Shown here: positions 24,106-33,600 of the stretch, piece by piece | How positions within the stretch are numbered: the stretch's first letter is position 1 | How the letters are laid out: the number at the start of each line of letters is the position of its first letter | DNA from: a bacterium | Lineage (GTDB): Bacteria > Patescibacteriota > Minisyncoccia > Phycocordibacterales > GCA-002787175 | Reading direction: 5' to 3' | Assembly: GCA_030689285.1 (NCBI GenBank) | Contig: JAUYJM010000009.1 | Location: 1 to 34,920, forward strand | DNA: 34,920 nt | Made by a program: the position numbers and the translations under genes | Notes under the pieces: model-generated | Told to the model about the DNA's origin: nothing | Databases searched by the model: none | The model's input: only the letters and a program-made list of their open reading frames with translations

Positions 24106-24107
24106 CC

Positions 24108-26042
24108 ATGCTTATATCTTACAATTGGCTACAAAATTATTTTGACGAAAAATTGCCGGAGCCCCAAAAGCTCGCGGAGCTTCTTACTTTTTCATTTGCG
24201 GAAGTCGAGTCGATTGAGACAATCGACCATGCGGACTTGACGCAGACAAAACGCGGAAATGACGCGGAAGAAAGAAAAGATACGATTTTGGATATAAAGG
24301 TATTGCCGGATAGGGCGTGCTACGCGCTATCTCACAGAGGCGTCGCGTACGAAGTTGCGGCAATTACAGGACTCAAGCAAAAAGAGATGAGATGGCCACA
24401 GCCCAAAGCTGTTGAAGTCAGGCCGCTTGAGGTGAAGGTGGAAGAGCCGGAATTATGTGTTCGCTATATGGCTCGAGTGGTTGAAAATGTAAATCAAAAA
24501 GCTCTACCGTGGGTCAAAAAACATCTGGAAGCGATAGGACAGCGTTCCATAAATCCAATAGTGGACGGGGCGAATATCGTGATGTTTGATATGGGACAGC
24601 CACTTCATGTTTTTGACGCGGATAAGGTGGAAGGCAAAATTTCCGTGCGCTTCGCTAGAGCGGGCGAGAAAATTATAACTTTGGACGACAAGGAAATAGA
24701 GCTGGACAAAAATGTTTTAGTCATCGCGGATGAACGCGCGCCTTTGGCTATTGCCGGTATCAAAGGGGGCAGAAAGGCGGAAGTTACAGAGAAGACAAAA
24801 AACCTGATTTTGGAGTCGGCAAACTTTGACGCCGTTTCTATACGCAAAACTTCAGGACGCATCGGCATAAAAACAGACGCCTCAAAAAGATTTGAGAATC
24901 GAATTTCGCCAGAAATGGCAGAGGTCGGTATGATGGATTTTTCGGCGTACTTATTTGAGATGGATAAGAATATAAGGGCGGGAGAAGTTGTGGATGTTTA
25001 CGGCAAAAGGCAGAGACCGCTTGAGGTTGCGATTTTGCCGAGCGAGATCACAGATAGGCTCGGAACAGAAATTTCGGAAGAAAAAATAACGGATATCTTA
25101 AAGCGACTTTCAATACGATTAGAGAAACGCGAAGAGGAGTTAATATTGACGCCTCCCGCTTTTCGTCTGGACCTGAACATTAAAGAAGATTTTATTGAAG
25201 AAGTAGGACGAATATACGGATACGAAAAAATTGAAACTAAACTTCCAAAAAATGACCAAGGTAAAATATCCACACCCGCGTTGTTTCGCCTGGAGTGGAA
25301 AATACGCGAACTGCTCTCCAACAACGGTTTTTCAGAAATAATGACATCTTCTTTTTTTGAAAAAGGAGAAATGGAAATAGAAAAACCGCTTGCTGAAGAT
25401 AAAAAATACGCCAGAGAAAACCTTCGCGGCGGTTTTTCACAAGCTCTAAAAACAAATACTTTAAACACGCCTCTTTTGGGATTTTCGCAGGTTCGGATTT
25501 TTGAGATTGGCAGAGTCTTCACGCACGACCGCGGGGAGAGAACTCATTTGGCTGTCGGGATTCAAGGAGGGGGAAAAACAAAACAGAGAGAAGCGGAAAA
25601 GTCAGCTCACCTTCTGGTCAGCGAGTTTTTCAAGGACGATTTAAAAGAAGAGTTTTCGGAAGGAGTAATGGAGGTTGACATAAGCAAGATGCAAATGAAA
25701 TCGGAAGTCTCGGACGCATGGAACATTTCCATACAAGAAGTTGAGGGACGTAAATTTAAACCTTTCTCACCTTACCCATTCATATCGCGCGATGTCGCCC
25801 TTTTCGTTCCGAAAGACGCGGAGGTGGAAGATGTGGCCGCTGCACTTCGGACCGGAGCCGATACGAATCTTTTGGTGAAAGGCCCGGATTTGTTTGACGA
25901 TTTTATGAAAAATGGCAGGCGCTCGTTGGCTTTCAGAATGGTTTTCCAATCATTTGAAAGAACGCTTTCGGATGCGGAAGTAAACGAGATAATGGAGAAA
26001 GTTTACCTTTTGCTTAGAAAAAAGGGGTGGGAGGTGAGATGA
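24108..26042 (+). CDS. pheT: Phenylalanine--tRNA ligase beta subunit (short form without the N-terminal OB tRNA-binding domain)
   Basis: MLISYNWLQNYF, the B3/4 region (INPIVDGANIVMFDMGQPLHVFD), B5, and the C-terminal FDDF...SLAFRMVFQS anticodon-binding-like end. The stop is TGA. Confidence 0.9.
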   Translation: MLISYNWLQNYFDEKLPEPQKLAELLTFSFAEVESIETIDHADLTQTKRGNDAEERKDTILDIKVLPDRACYALSHRGVAYEVAAITGLKQKEMRWPQPKAVEVRPLEVKVEEPELCVRYMARVVENVNQKALPWVKKHLEAIGQRSINPIVDGANIVMFDMGQPLHVFDADKVEGKISVRFARAGEKIITLDDKEIELDKNVLVIADERAPLAIAGIKGGRKAEVTEKTKNLILESANFDAVSIRKTSGRIGIKTDASKRFENRISPEMAEVGMMDFSAYLFEMDKNIRAGEVVDVYGKRQRPLEVAILPSEITDRLGTEISEEKITDILKRLSIRLEKREEELILTPPAFRLDLNIKEDFIEEVGRIYGYEKIETKLPKNDQGKISTPALFRLEWKIRELLSNNGFSEIMTSSFFEKGEMEIEKPLAEDKKYARENLRGGFSQALKTNTLNTPLLGFSQVRIFEIGRVFTHDRGERTHLAVGIQGGGKTKQREAEKSAHLLVSEFFKDDLKEEFSEGVMEVDISKMQMKSEVSDAWNISIQEVEGRKFKPFSPYPFISRDVALFVPKDAEVEDVAAALRTGADTNLLVKGPDLFDDFMKNGRRSLAFRMVFQSFERTLSDAEVNEIMEKVYLLLRKKGWEVR

Positions 26043-26060
26043 TGCTCTTGTAACGCAAAA

Positions 26061-26088
26061 CGTGAAGCGTGTAGCGTGAAGCGTGTAG
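26061..26088 (+). repeat. 2 x 14-nt tandem repeat (cgtgaagcgtgtag)
   Basis: Read directly, between the pheT stop and its terminator. Confidence 0.9.
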
Positions 26089-26096
26089 CGGAACGG

Positions 26097-26127
26097 AAAA
26101 CGGCTAAATTAAATTTAGCCGTTTTTT
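26097..26127 (+). terminator. Rho-independent terminator of pheT
   Basis: AAAACGGCTAAATTaaATTTAGCCGTTTTTT. Confidence 0.75.
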
Positions 26128-26193
26128 AGGGCTTTATGAAGCGGTTTTAAGAGACAGAGTCATCCCCAATAGAGCTTTCTTTTATAGCCGGTA

Positions 26194-26202
26194 TTTGCTA
26201 TA
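26194..26202 (+). promoter_or_regulatory. Extended -10 (TGcTATAAT) upstream of gyrB
   Basis: TGCTATAAT lies about 105 nt upstream of the gyrB ATG. The -35 (TTTCTT, 17-nt spacing) is weak. Confidence 0.35.
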
Positions 26203-26305
26203 ATACAGTTCATGAAAGAGGGCATAATGGCTTTCTCTGTGTTTGAATTTGTGATTTGAATATTGTCTGGAGCTTGTTTCTTGGAGATTGAAATTTATAA
26301 AAGTT

Positions 26306-29300
26306 ATGGTTAAACCAACAGAAAAGGACAAAAAATCGAACGGACCCTCCTCCGCTAAAGCTACAGCGGGCAAGGCGGGTCATCATTACAGCGCGCAGGA
26401 CATTCAGGTTTTGGAGGGGCTTGAGCCGGTACGGAAGCGTCCGGGTATGTATATAGGCACTACCGGTCCAGACGGACTCCACCATCTCGTAACCGAGATT
26501 TTTGACAATTCCCGCGATGAAGCTATGGGCGGTTTTGCCAATGATGTGGAAATCGTTCTTTTGCCGGATAACCGCGTGAGGGTTGCGGACAACGGTCGCG
26601 GTATTCCCGTAGATACTCACAAACAGACAAAAGTTTCCGCTTTGGAGACGATTATGACTACTCTCCATGCCGGAGGTAAATTTGGAGGAGAAGGATACAA
26701 GGTTTCAGGAGGACTTCACGGAGTCGGCGCTTCTGTCGTAAACGCTCTATCCGTCCATATGAAAGTCACGGTGCACCGAGATGGCGGTGTGTACACGCAA
26801 GAGTACACGCGTGGCAAGAAAGACGCGACGGTTAAAAAAGTCGGCAAAAGCGACAAACAAGGAACCATCGTCACGTTTCAGCCAGACGAACAGATTTTTA
26901 AAGAGATAGGATTCAATTTTGACAGAATTGTCTCTCATATGAGAGAGCAAGCATATCTTGTAAAAGGTCTCCGTATTTCAGTAATTGATGCTCGGGAACT
27001 GCAGCTTGAAGACGGAGGAACAGACAGTATTTTTTATTTCCGAGAGCTCGGCCTAGACGCTAAATCGCAATCCTTCTGTTTTGAAGGAGGGCTTTTATCA
27101 TTGGTTAAATTTTACAATCAGCTGTGGAAACCTGTCCATAAGAAAATTTTTTATATTGAAAAAGCGGGCGAAGGAGTGGAATCTGTGGAAGTGGCTTTGC
27201 AATATGTAGACGACATATCCTCGCGGATTATGGCGTTTGCAAACAACATCGCAAATCCTGAAGGGGGAACGCACTTGACAGGTTTTAAAACCGCTCTTAC
27301 TCGGACATTGAACAACTACGCTCGTAAAAATAACGTAGTAAGGGAAAGCGAGGAAAACTTTACTGGAGATGACGTGCTTGAGGGACTTACTGCCGTTATA
27401 TCCGTAAAACTTAGGGAGATTCAATTTGAAGGGCAGACAAAAGCAAAGCTAGGCAGTGTAGAGGCGCAAGGAGCCGTGACTGCCGTTTTTGGTGACGCTT
27501 TCTCCGGATTTCTTGAAGAGAATCCTGAAGACGCGCGGGCCATTATAGGAAAAGCCCTCCTTGCTCTCAAAGCTAGAAAAGCGGCCAAGGCGGCAAAAGA
27601 CAGCGTCCTTAGAAAAGGGGCGCTTGAAGGAATGACACTGCCCGGCAAACTGGCCGACTGTGAGACGAAAAATGCATCGGAGTCCGAACTCTTTATAGTG
27701 GAGGGAGATTCGGCCGGTGGATGTTTTGACGGTGATACAAAAGTCGCTCTTGTTGATGGGAGAAATCTTTCATTTAAGGAGTTAATTGAAGAGCATAAAG
27801 AGGGTAAACAGAATTTTTGCTATACGATTGATTCTCAAGATATAAAGATAGCACCCATTATGCATCCGAGGGTTACCAAACAAAATGCTGAAGTTGTAAA
27901 AGTCATTCTGGATAACAGAGAAGAGATTATATGTACTCCGGAACATAGATTTATGATTAGAGACGGTTCATACAAACAGGCGATAAACTTAACGGAAGAT
28001 GACTCTCTTATGCCTCTCGTTCGTAAACTTTCCGAAATTCGCGGAAGGATTACAATAAAGGGCTATGAAATGGTTCTAAACCCAGAAAATTCTCATTGGA
28101 AATTTACTCATGTCCTTTCTGATGATTACAATTTGGGACGGGAAACATACGTCAAGGAAAAGAATACTGTCATCCACCATAAAGATTTCAATAAATTAAA
28201 CAATCATCCCGATAATCTGGTTCGTATGGATCACTGGGCTCATTTTTGGTATCACACGACATGCCTTGAAGAGACAATCCATCGTGCTGATGTGAAGGAA
28301 AAATGCCGAAAAATCAGACAGACCTCTGAATATCGCGAAAAAATAAGCAAAGTGATGCTAAAACCGGAAGTGCGTGAGCTCTTGAGCGAGCGAGCGAAAA
28401 AGCAGTGGGAAAATCCGAAATATAAAAAATTCATGACCGCTAAATTCCTTGAATTTTACGAAAACAACGAGCAATATCGTGAAGAGAACAACAAGCGTCT
28501 AAATAAAGAACAGAAAAAATACTGGTCCTTGGGTGAAAATAAAGTCAAACAGTCAAAACGCGTGACTAAATTCTTTGAGGATCATCCCGAACATAAAAAA
28601 TTCTTGAAGGACTTATCGGAAACGCAATGGAAAGACGAGTCTTTAATTAGATGGCGAAGAGAGGAAACTAAAAAACAGTGGACTCCGGAGTTTAGGGCAA
28701 AAAGAAAAATTGCATATGCTCGCACGTATCTTAATAAGGCGCTTGCCTCCTTGTATGAAATATATAAAAGAAAAGGAGCTGTTGATGAGGTTTCTTATAA
28801 TGAGCTTCGCAGGGAGAAAAACGATAAGTCCTTAATCCGTTTTGAAACTATTTGCAATAGGTTCTTTGAAGGAAACGAGAACGCTTTTAAGGAGGCAATC
28901 ATGAATTTTAACCATAGGATTAAAAAGGTTGAAGTTCTTTCTAAGAAAATAGATGTGTACGACATTGAGGTCCCACAAACTCACAATTTCGCCCTTGCGA
29001 GCGGGGTATTTGTTCATAATTCCGGAAAAATGGGAAGGGACAGAAGAACTCAAGCCGTACTGCCTCTTAAAGGTAAAATCTTAAACGTGGAAAGAGCGCG
29101 GCTGGACAAAATTCTCGGCTTTGCGGAAATAAAATCTCTGGTTATCGCGCTCGGAACCGCCATAGGAGACACGTTTGACGTATCAAAACTTCGCTATCAC
29201 AAAATTATAATCGCCACGGATGCCGATACGGACGGCGGGCATATACGCACTTTGCTTCTAACTCTGTTTTACAGGTACTTCAAGCCGCTTATTGAGGGGG

Positions 29301-29740
29301 GCTTTATATATATAGCTCAACCGCCGCTTTATAAAATAAAAAGAGGCAAAGAAGTCTTTTACTTTTTTACCGAAGAGGAAAAAAGTTCTTTCTATGAGAG
29401 AGAAGGAATTGAAGTAAAGGAGGAGGAAGAAACGGAAGGAACCGACGACCGAGAACCTTCAAATGGCACAGAGGAAATGGCAGAAGGGGAAGAAGACGCA
29501 TCGGCGGCAAAAGGAAAAACGCAGAAAATACAGGTGCAAAGATACAAAGGTCTGGGCGAAATGAATCCTGAAGAGCTTTGGGAGACAACGATGGATCCCG
29601 AAAAAAGAATTTTAAAACAGGTAACCATAGAGGATGCTAACGAAGCAGACAAGGTATTTGACATCTTGATGGGTACGGATGTACCGTCAAGAAAGTCTTT
29701 CATTCAGTCAAACGCCACGAAAGCGACATTGGATATATAA
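26306..29740 (+). CDS. gyrB: DNA gyrase subunit B precursor, interrupted by an intein
   Basis: YSAQDIQVLEGLEPVRKRPGMYIG and GGLHGVGASVVNALS are present. ELFIVEGDSAGG is followed by the intein, then SGKMGRDRRTQAVLPLKGKILNVE. Further on are IIIATDADTDGGHI, RYKGLGEM and the C-terminal LDI. Confidence 0.9.
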   Translation: MVKPTEKDKKSNGPSSAKATAGKAGHHYSAQDIQVLEGLEPVRKRPGMYIGTTGPDGLHHLVTEIFDNSRDEAMGGFANDVEIVLLPDNRVRVADNGRGIPVDTHKQTKVSALETIMTTLHAGGKFGGEGYKVSGGLHGVGASVVNALSVHMKVTVHRDGGVYTQEYTRGKKDATVKKVGKSDKQGTIVTFQPDEQIFKEIGFNFDRIVSHMREQAYLVKGLRISVIDARELQLEDGGTDSIFYFRELGLDAKSQSFCFEGGLLSLVKFYNQLWKPVHKKIFYIEKAGEGVESVEVALQYVDDISSRIMAFANNIANPEGGTHLTGFKTALTRTLNNYARKNNVVRESEENFTGDDVLEGLTAVISVKLREIQFEGQTKAKLGSVEAQGAVTAVFGDAFSGFLEENPEDARAIIGKALLALKARKAAKAAKDSVLRKGALEGMTLPGKLADCETKNASESELFIVEGDSAGGCFDGDTKVALVDGRNLSFKELIEEHKEGKQNFCYTIDSQDIKIAPIMHPRVTKQNAEVVKVILDNREEIICTPEHRFMIRDGSYKQAINLTEDDSLMPLVRKLSEIRGRITIKGYEMVLNPENSHWKFTHVLSDDYNLGRETYVKEKNTVIHHKDFNKLNNHPDNLVRMDHWAHFWYHTTCLEETIHRADVKEKCRKIRQTSEYREKISKVMLKPEVRELLSERAKKQWENPKYKKFMTAKFLEFYENNEQYREENNKRLNKEQKKYWSLGENKVKQSKRVTKFFEDHPEHKKFLKDLSETQWKDESLIRWRREETKKQWTPEFRAKRKIAYARTYLNKALASLYEIYKRKGAVDEVSYNELRREKNDKSLIRFETICNRFFEGNENAFKEAIMNFNHRIKKVEVLSKKIDVYDIEVPQTHNFALASGVFVHNSGKMGRDRRTQAVLPLKGKILNVERARLDKILGFAEIKSLVIALGTAIGDTFDVSKLRYHKIIIATDADTDGGHIRTLLLTLFYRYFKPLIEGGFIYIAQPPLYKIKRGKEVFYFFTEEEKSSFYEREGIEVKEEEETEGTDDREPSNGTEEMAEGEEDASAAKGKTQKIQVQRYKGLGEMNPEELWETTMDPEKRILKQVTIEDANEADKVFDILMGTDVPSRKSFIQSNATKATLDI
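27722..29020 (+). mobile_element. 433-aa intein with HNH homing-endonuclease module in the GyrB Toprim motif (EGDSAGG / S)
   Basis: It starts CFDGDTKVALVDGR (block A, Cys1) and ends NFALASGVFVHN followed by Ser (+1). The internal HHKDFNKLNNHPDNLVRMDHWAH is an HNH motif (about 28168-28260). The terminal blocks closely resemble the Synechocystis GyrB intein as recalled. Confidence 0.9.
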
Positions 29741-29794
29741 AAAATAACACCAGAAGAAAATAATCAAGAGTTATCTTGGAATAGTAACTGTCCA

Positions 29795-30240
29795 CACCTC
29801 TTATTCCCCCTTTCCTACCGCGTGCCGCCAGAGCTTTAGCGGTGGCGCAAAGGGGTGTCACATTCTTATGTGACGGAGGATGAAAATCCCTCCTGCATAA
29901 GAATGCAGTGCTCCCTTTACTCCCACCCCTCACCCTCGCCCCGTTAGAAACTTTGTTTCTAACGGGGCTCGCTGACTCGGGAGGTCAAAAGTATTTTTCT
30001 GGCTGGAAAAATCTTTCAACCCTGCCTCGCGCCGTCGCGCTCCGGCCTTGCGGAAGCTCCAAGTGTTCGCTTCCTCACCCCTCTGGCAGGGGAGCATGGG
30101 AGAATAAATCCCTCCCCCTAGCCCCGTTAGAAGCGAAGTTTCTAACGGGGCTCGCCGACTCGGGTACTCCCTTCCCGCGCTACGCCGTAGGATTCGGCGA
30201 GGCGAGTACAAAAGGGAGAATTAAAACCATTCATCGGGGG
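29795..30240. repeat. ~445-bp intergenic region built entirely of mosaic hairpin modules
   Basis: Modules X (29801-29857) and Y (29858-29893) match 6494-6587 inverted. Two copies of the hairpin CCCCGTTAGAA..TTCTAACGGGG are at 29939-29967 and 30122-30150. 29986-30079 matches 1611-1704 inverted. 30196-30228 (ggcgaggcgagtacaaaagggagaatta) recurs at 15286-15312 and 34131-34165. Confidence 0.8.
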
Positions 30241-30339
30241 GTGTGGAGAGTTACCTGGAATAAGTTTGCGCGTTTTTGATTTTTGTGTTATTCTGGCCAG
30301 CGGAAATTCAACGAAAGGAAACTTGTGGAAGAAGACAAA

Positions 30340-30627
30340 ATGTTGATTGACTTGTCCTTCAACAACGACAAGTTGTATAAGGGTTGTCGGTTCGGGAGCC
30401 GTCATAAAAAGAAGGTCCTTGAAACTCCGCTAAATGAAGCGGTGGCGCTGTTTCGCAAAAACTTTCAAGCGGAATACCTAAATGACGGGTACGTTAGGCG
30501 ATGCATTCATCACTTTGAACTTTCGGGCCAAGTTCCAACCGTGTTTTTTATGGTCGCAACCAGATTGCTTGCCGATATGGCCCGCAGACTTACCTTTAAT
30601 AGCCGAAATGGACGGCTTGAAATCTGA
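30340..30627 (+). CDS. Hypothetical protein (95 aa)
   Basis: ATG at 30340 is preceded by GGAAGA, and a strong terminator follows immediately. No family was recognised. The longer TTG-initiated version begins inside repeat sequence. Confidence 0.4.
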   Translation: MLIDLSFNNDKLYKGCRFGSRHKKKVLETPLNEAVALFRKNFQAEYLNDGYVRRCIHHFELSGQVPTVFFMVATRLLADMARRLTFNSRNGRLEI

Positions 30628-30650
30628 CGATTGACCTCTAATAATGAGCG

Positions 30651-30679
30651 CCGGCGAGATTTATTCTCGCCGGTTTTTT
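30651..30679 (+). terminator. Rho-independent terminator
   Basis: CCGGCGAGatttattCTCGCCGG followed by TTTTTT. Confidence 0.8.
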
Positions 30680-30687
30680 GTTATACT
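30679..30687 (+). promoter_or_regulatory. Extended -10 (TGtTATACT) placing the predicted TSS on the dnaE ATG (leaderless candidate)
   Basis: TGTTATACT ends 6 nt before the ATG at 30694. No Shine-Dalgarno sequence is present. Confidence 0.35.
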
Positions 30688-30693
30688 GATGCA

Positions 30694-33600
30694 ATGTCCG
30701 GATTTGCGCATCTCCATACTCATAGCCATTATTCGCTTCTCTCCGGCCTTCCGAAAATTCCGGAGCTTGTCAAGGCGGCTAGAGATGACGGACAGACCGC
30801 TCTTGCTCTTACGGATAACGGAAACCTCTATGGCGCCATAGAATTCTACAAAGAATGCGGAAAACAAGGCATAAAACCGCTCATAGGCATTGATGCTTAC
30901 GTTGCGGCGCGCACTCGGCATGATAAGCAGGCGGGAATAGACAATCGCCGCACGCGTCTTATACTTCTCGCGAAAAATCAGCAAGGTTATAAAAATCTCA
31001 TAAAACTCGTCACCGACTCGCATTTGGAGGGCTTTTACTACAAGCCGCGCGTTGACCGCGAGCTTTTGGAAAAGTACTCTGAAGGTCTTATCGCTATCTC
31101 TCCTTCATTCAGTTCTGAAATCGTAAAAAGCTTGCAAATTGACGATTTTGAAAAGGCGGTCCAAATCGCGAATTGGTACAGACAGATATTCGGCAAAGAA
31201 AATTTTTTCCTTGAAATTACGCGGCATCCGGAAATAGACGGTCACGAAAAAACGATGGAGAAACTCGTCTCTTTCGCCAAAGACAATGTTTTGCCTCTTG
31301 TGGCCTCTCAAGACGTATATTACCTATCTCCCGAAGACAGGAAAGCCAGAAACACTCTGACTTTGGTTATGAGCAACCGTGAGCTTTCCGACATAAGCGA
31401 GGGAGGAGAGGCCGCTGACTTTTCGTTTATAAGCCAAAAACAGGCAATAAATCTTTTTCAAGATATTCCAGACGCGCTCAAAAATACGATAAAGATAGCG
31501 GAGATGTGCGACTTGAATCTGGAACTCGGTAATTGGCTTTTTCCAAATTATGTAGTAGAAAGCAAGCTTTCTTATGACGATGAACTTAGGAAAGTCGTTT
31601 TTGAGGGTTTTGATTCGCGCGGCGTTGAGAGAAGCAAAGAGACACTGGAGAGGGTTGAGTATGAACTGTCGGTTATAAAAGCGAAGGGTTACGCGCCATA
31701 TTTTCTGGTGGTTGGAGACTTGATACGAGAAGCGCATAAAAGAGGAATCCTAACCACGATCAGAGGGTCGGTTGCCGGTTCTTTGGTTACTTATCTTGCC
31801 AAAATTACGAATGTAAACCCGATAGTATACAAACTTCCATTTGAAAGGTTTTTAAATCCCGAGAGGCCTTCGGCGCCGGATATAGATATGGACTATGCCG
31901 ATAACAGGAGGGACGAAATGATTGAATATGCCAAGGAAAAATACGGCAGAACTTTTGTGGCGCAGATCGGGACTTTCGGCACTATGATGGCGCGTGGCAG
32001 TGTGCGTGATGTGGCTCGCGCTCTCGGATTTGAGTACGGCGTGGGAGACAGAATCGCAAAGCTCATACCGATGGGCTCCCAAGGGTTTCCAATGTCCATA
32101 GACAGGGCGCTCGAAATTGTCGGCGAACTTAAGGAGATTTACAAAAAGGAAAAAGACGCACGGGAGATAATAGACACGGCCAGAAAAATTGAAGGTTGTG
32201 CCAGACATATTTCAGTCCATGCCGCCGGAGTAGTCATTTCTCCCGTTCCTCTTACAGAAGTTACTCCGCTTCAGCTTGACCCCAAGGGCGAAGGCAAAGT
32301 CATCACCCAGTACGATATGTACTCCATAGACGAAAACAACGCGGGACTTTTAAAGTTTGATTTTTTGGGAATAAAAAATCTGTCAATTCTGGCTGAAGCA
32401 GTGGCTTTGACGGAAAAAATGGAAGGAGTAAAAATAGACATTGAAAACGTGCCCGTGGATGACAAGAAAACTTTTGAAATGCTTGCTCTGGGCGAGACCG
32501 GCGGACTTTTTCAGCTAAACGGAAGCGGTATGACGCGGTTTCTAAAGGACCTAAAACCAAACAACATCCACGATATAAACGCTATGGTGGCGCTTTATCG
32601 TCCGGGACCCATGGAGTCTATTCCCGAATACATTCAAAGAAAGCACAATCCTCGGCTTGTGAAATATCTTGATTCAAGAATGTCAGACATTCTTAGCGAA
32701 TCGTACGGTGTTATAACCTATCAGGATGATGTGCTTATGCTCGCCATCAAGCTCGCTGGATACTCGTGGCTTGAGGTAGATAAACTGCGAAAAGCTATGG
32801 GTAAAAAAATTCCCAAAGAAATGGAGGCGCAGAAAAGAAAGCTCATTGACGGGTTTATGGGTTTTGGGAAACTGTCTAAAGAAAAAGGGGATAAACTTTG
32901 GAGTCTTATAGAGCCATTTGCCGCCTATGGTTTCAATAAAGCCCATGCCGCAAGCTATGGCAAAGTAGCGTATCAGACGGCGTATATGAAAGCAAACTTT
33001 CCAGCTATTTATATGTCAGCGGTTTTAACGGCTGATTCCGGAGACATTGATAAAATCGGAGAAATCATCGCCGAATGCGACAGAATGGGAATACCGGTGT
33101 TGCCGCCAGATATCAATGAAAGTTACTCCGGCTTTACCGTAGTAAAACTGGAAAATTCCAAGCTCCAAGAAACAAGTTCCAAACAAATTCCAAATCCCAA
33201 ACATAATACATTAAACCCCGAACATCTTTCTGAACGCTATACGCTAAACGCTGACTCTTCTGACCGTATCCGCTTTGGACTGACGACTATTAAAAACTTT
33301 GGGGAAGGAATCGCAAACGCGATAATTAAAGAACGCGAAGAAAATGGAAAGTTTAAGTCGCTGGGCGATTTTTTGTCGCGCATTAAAGACAAAAATCTAA
33401 ACAAGAAGTCCGTTGAAGCTCTTATAAAAGCCGGCGCGGTGGACGCCTTCGCGGACAGAGGAGTTATGTTTGCAAATTTGGAACAAATTCTGGAATTCCA
33501 CAAAGAAAAAGCTCAAGCGGATGGAAGCCAAGACTCGCTTTTCGGTTCTTTGCCTGAAGGCCAGAGCGACGATATTGTCCTTAAGGACTCTCCGATGGCC

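Noticed and set aside
29908-30279. A 123-aa (+) ORF and a 93-aa (-) ORF in the gyrB-downstream spacer, and likewise the 77-aa ORF at 49-282.
   Set aside because: They are composed entirely of hairpin repeat modules. Both strands are open because of GC-rich palindromes. No start context is present.
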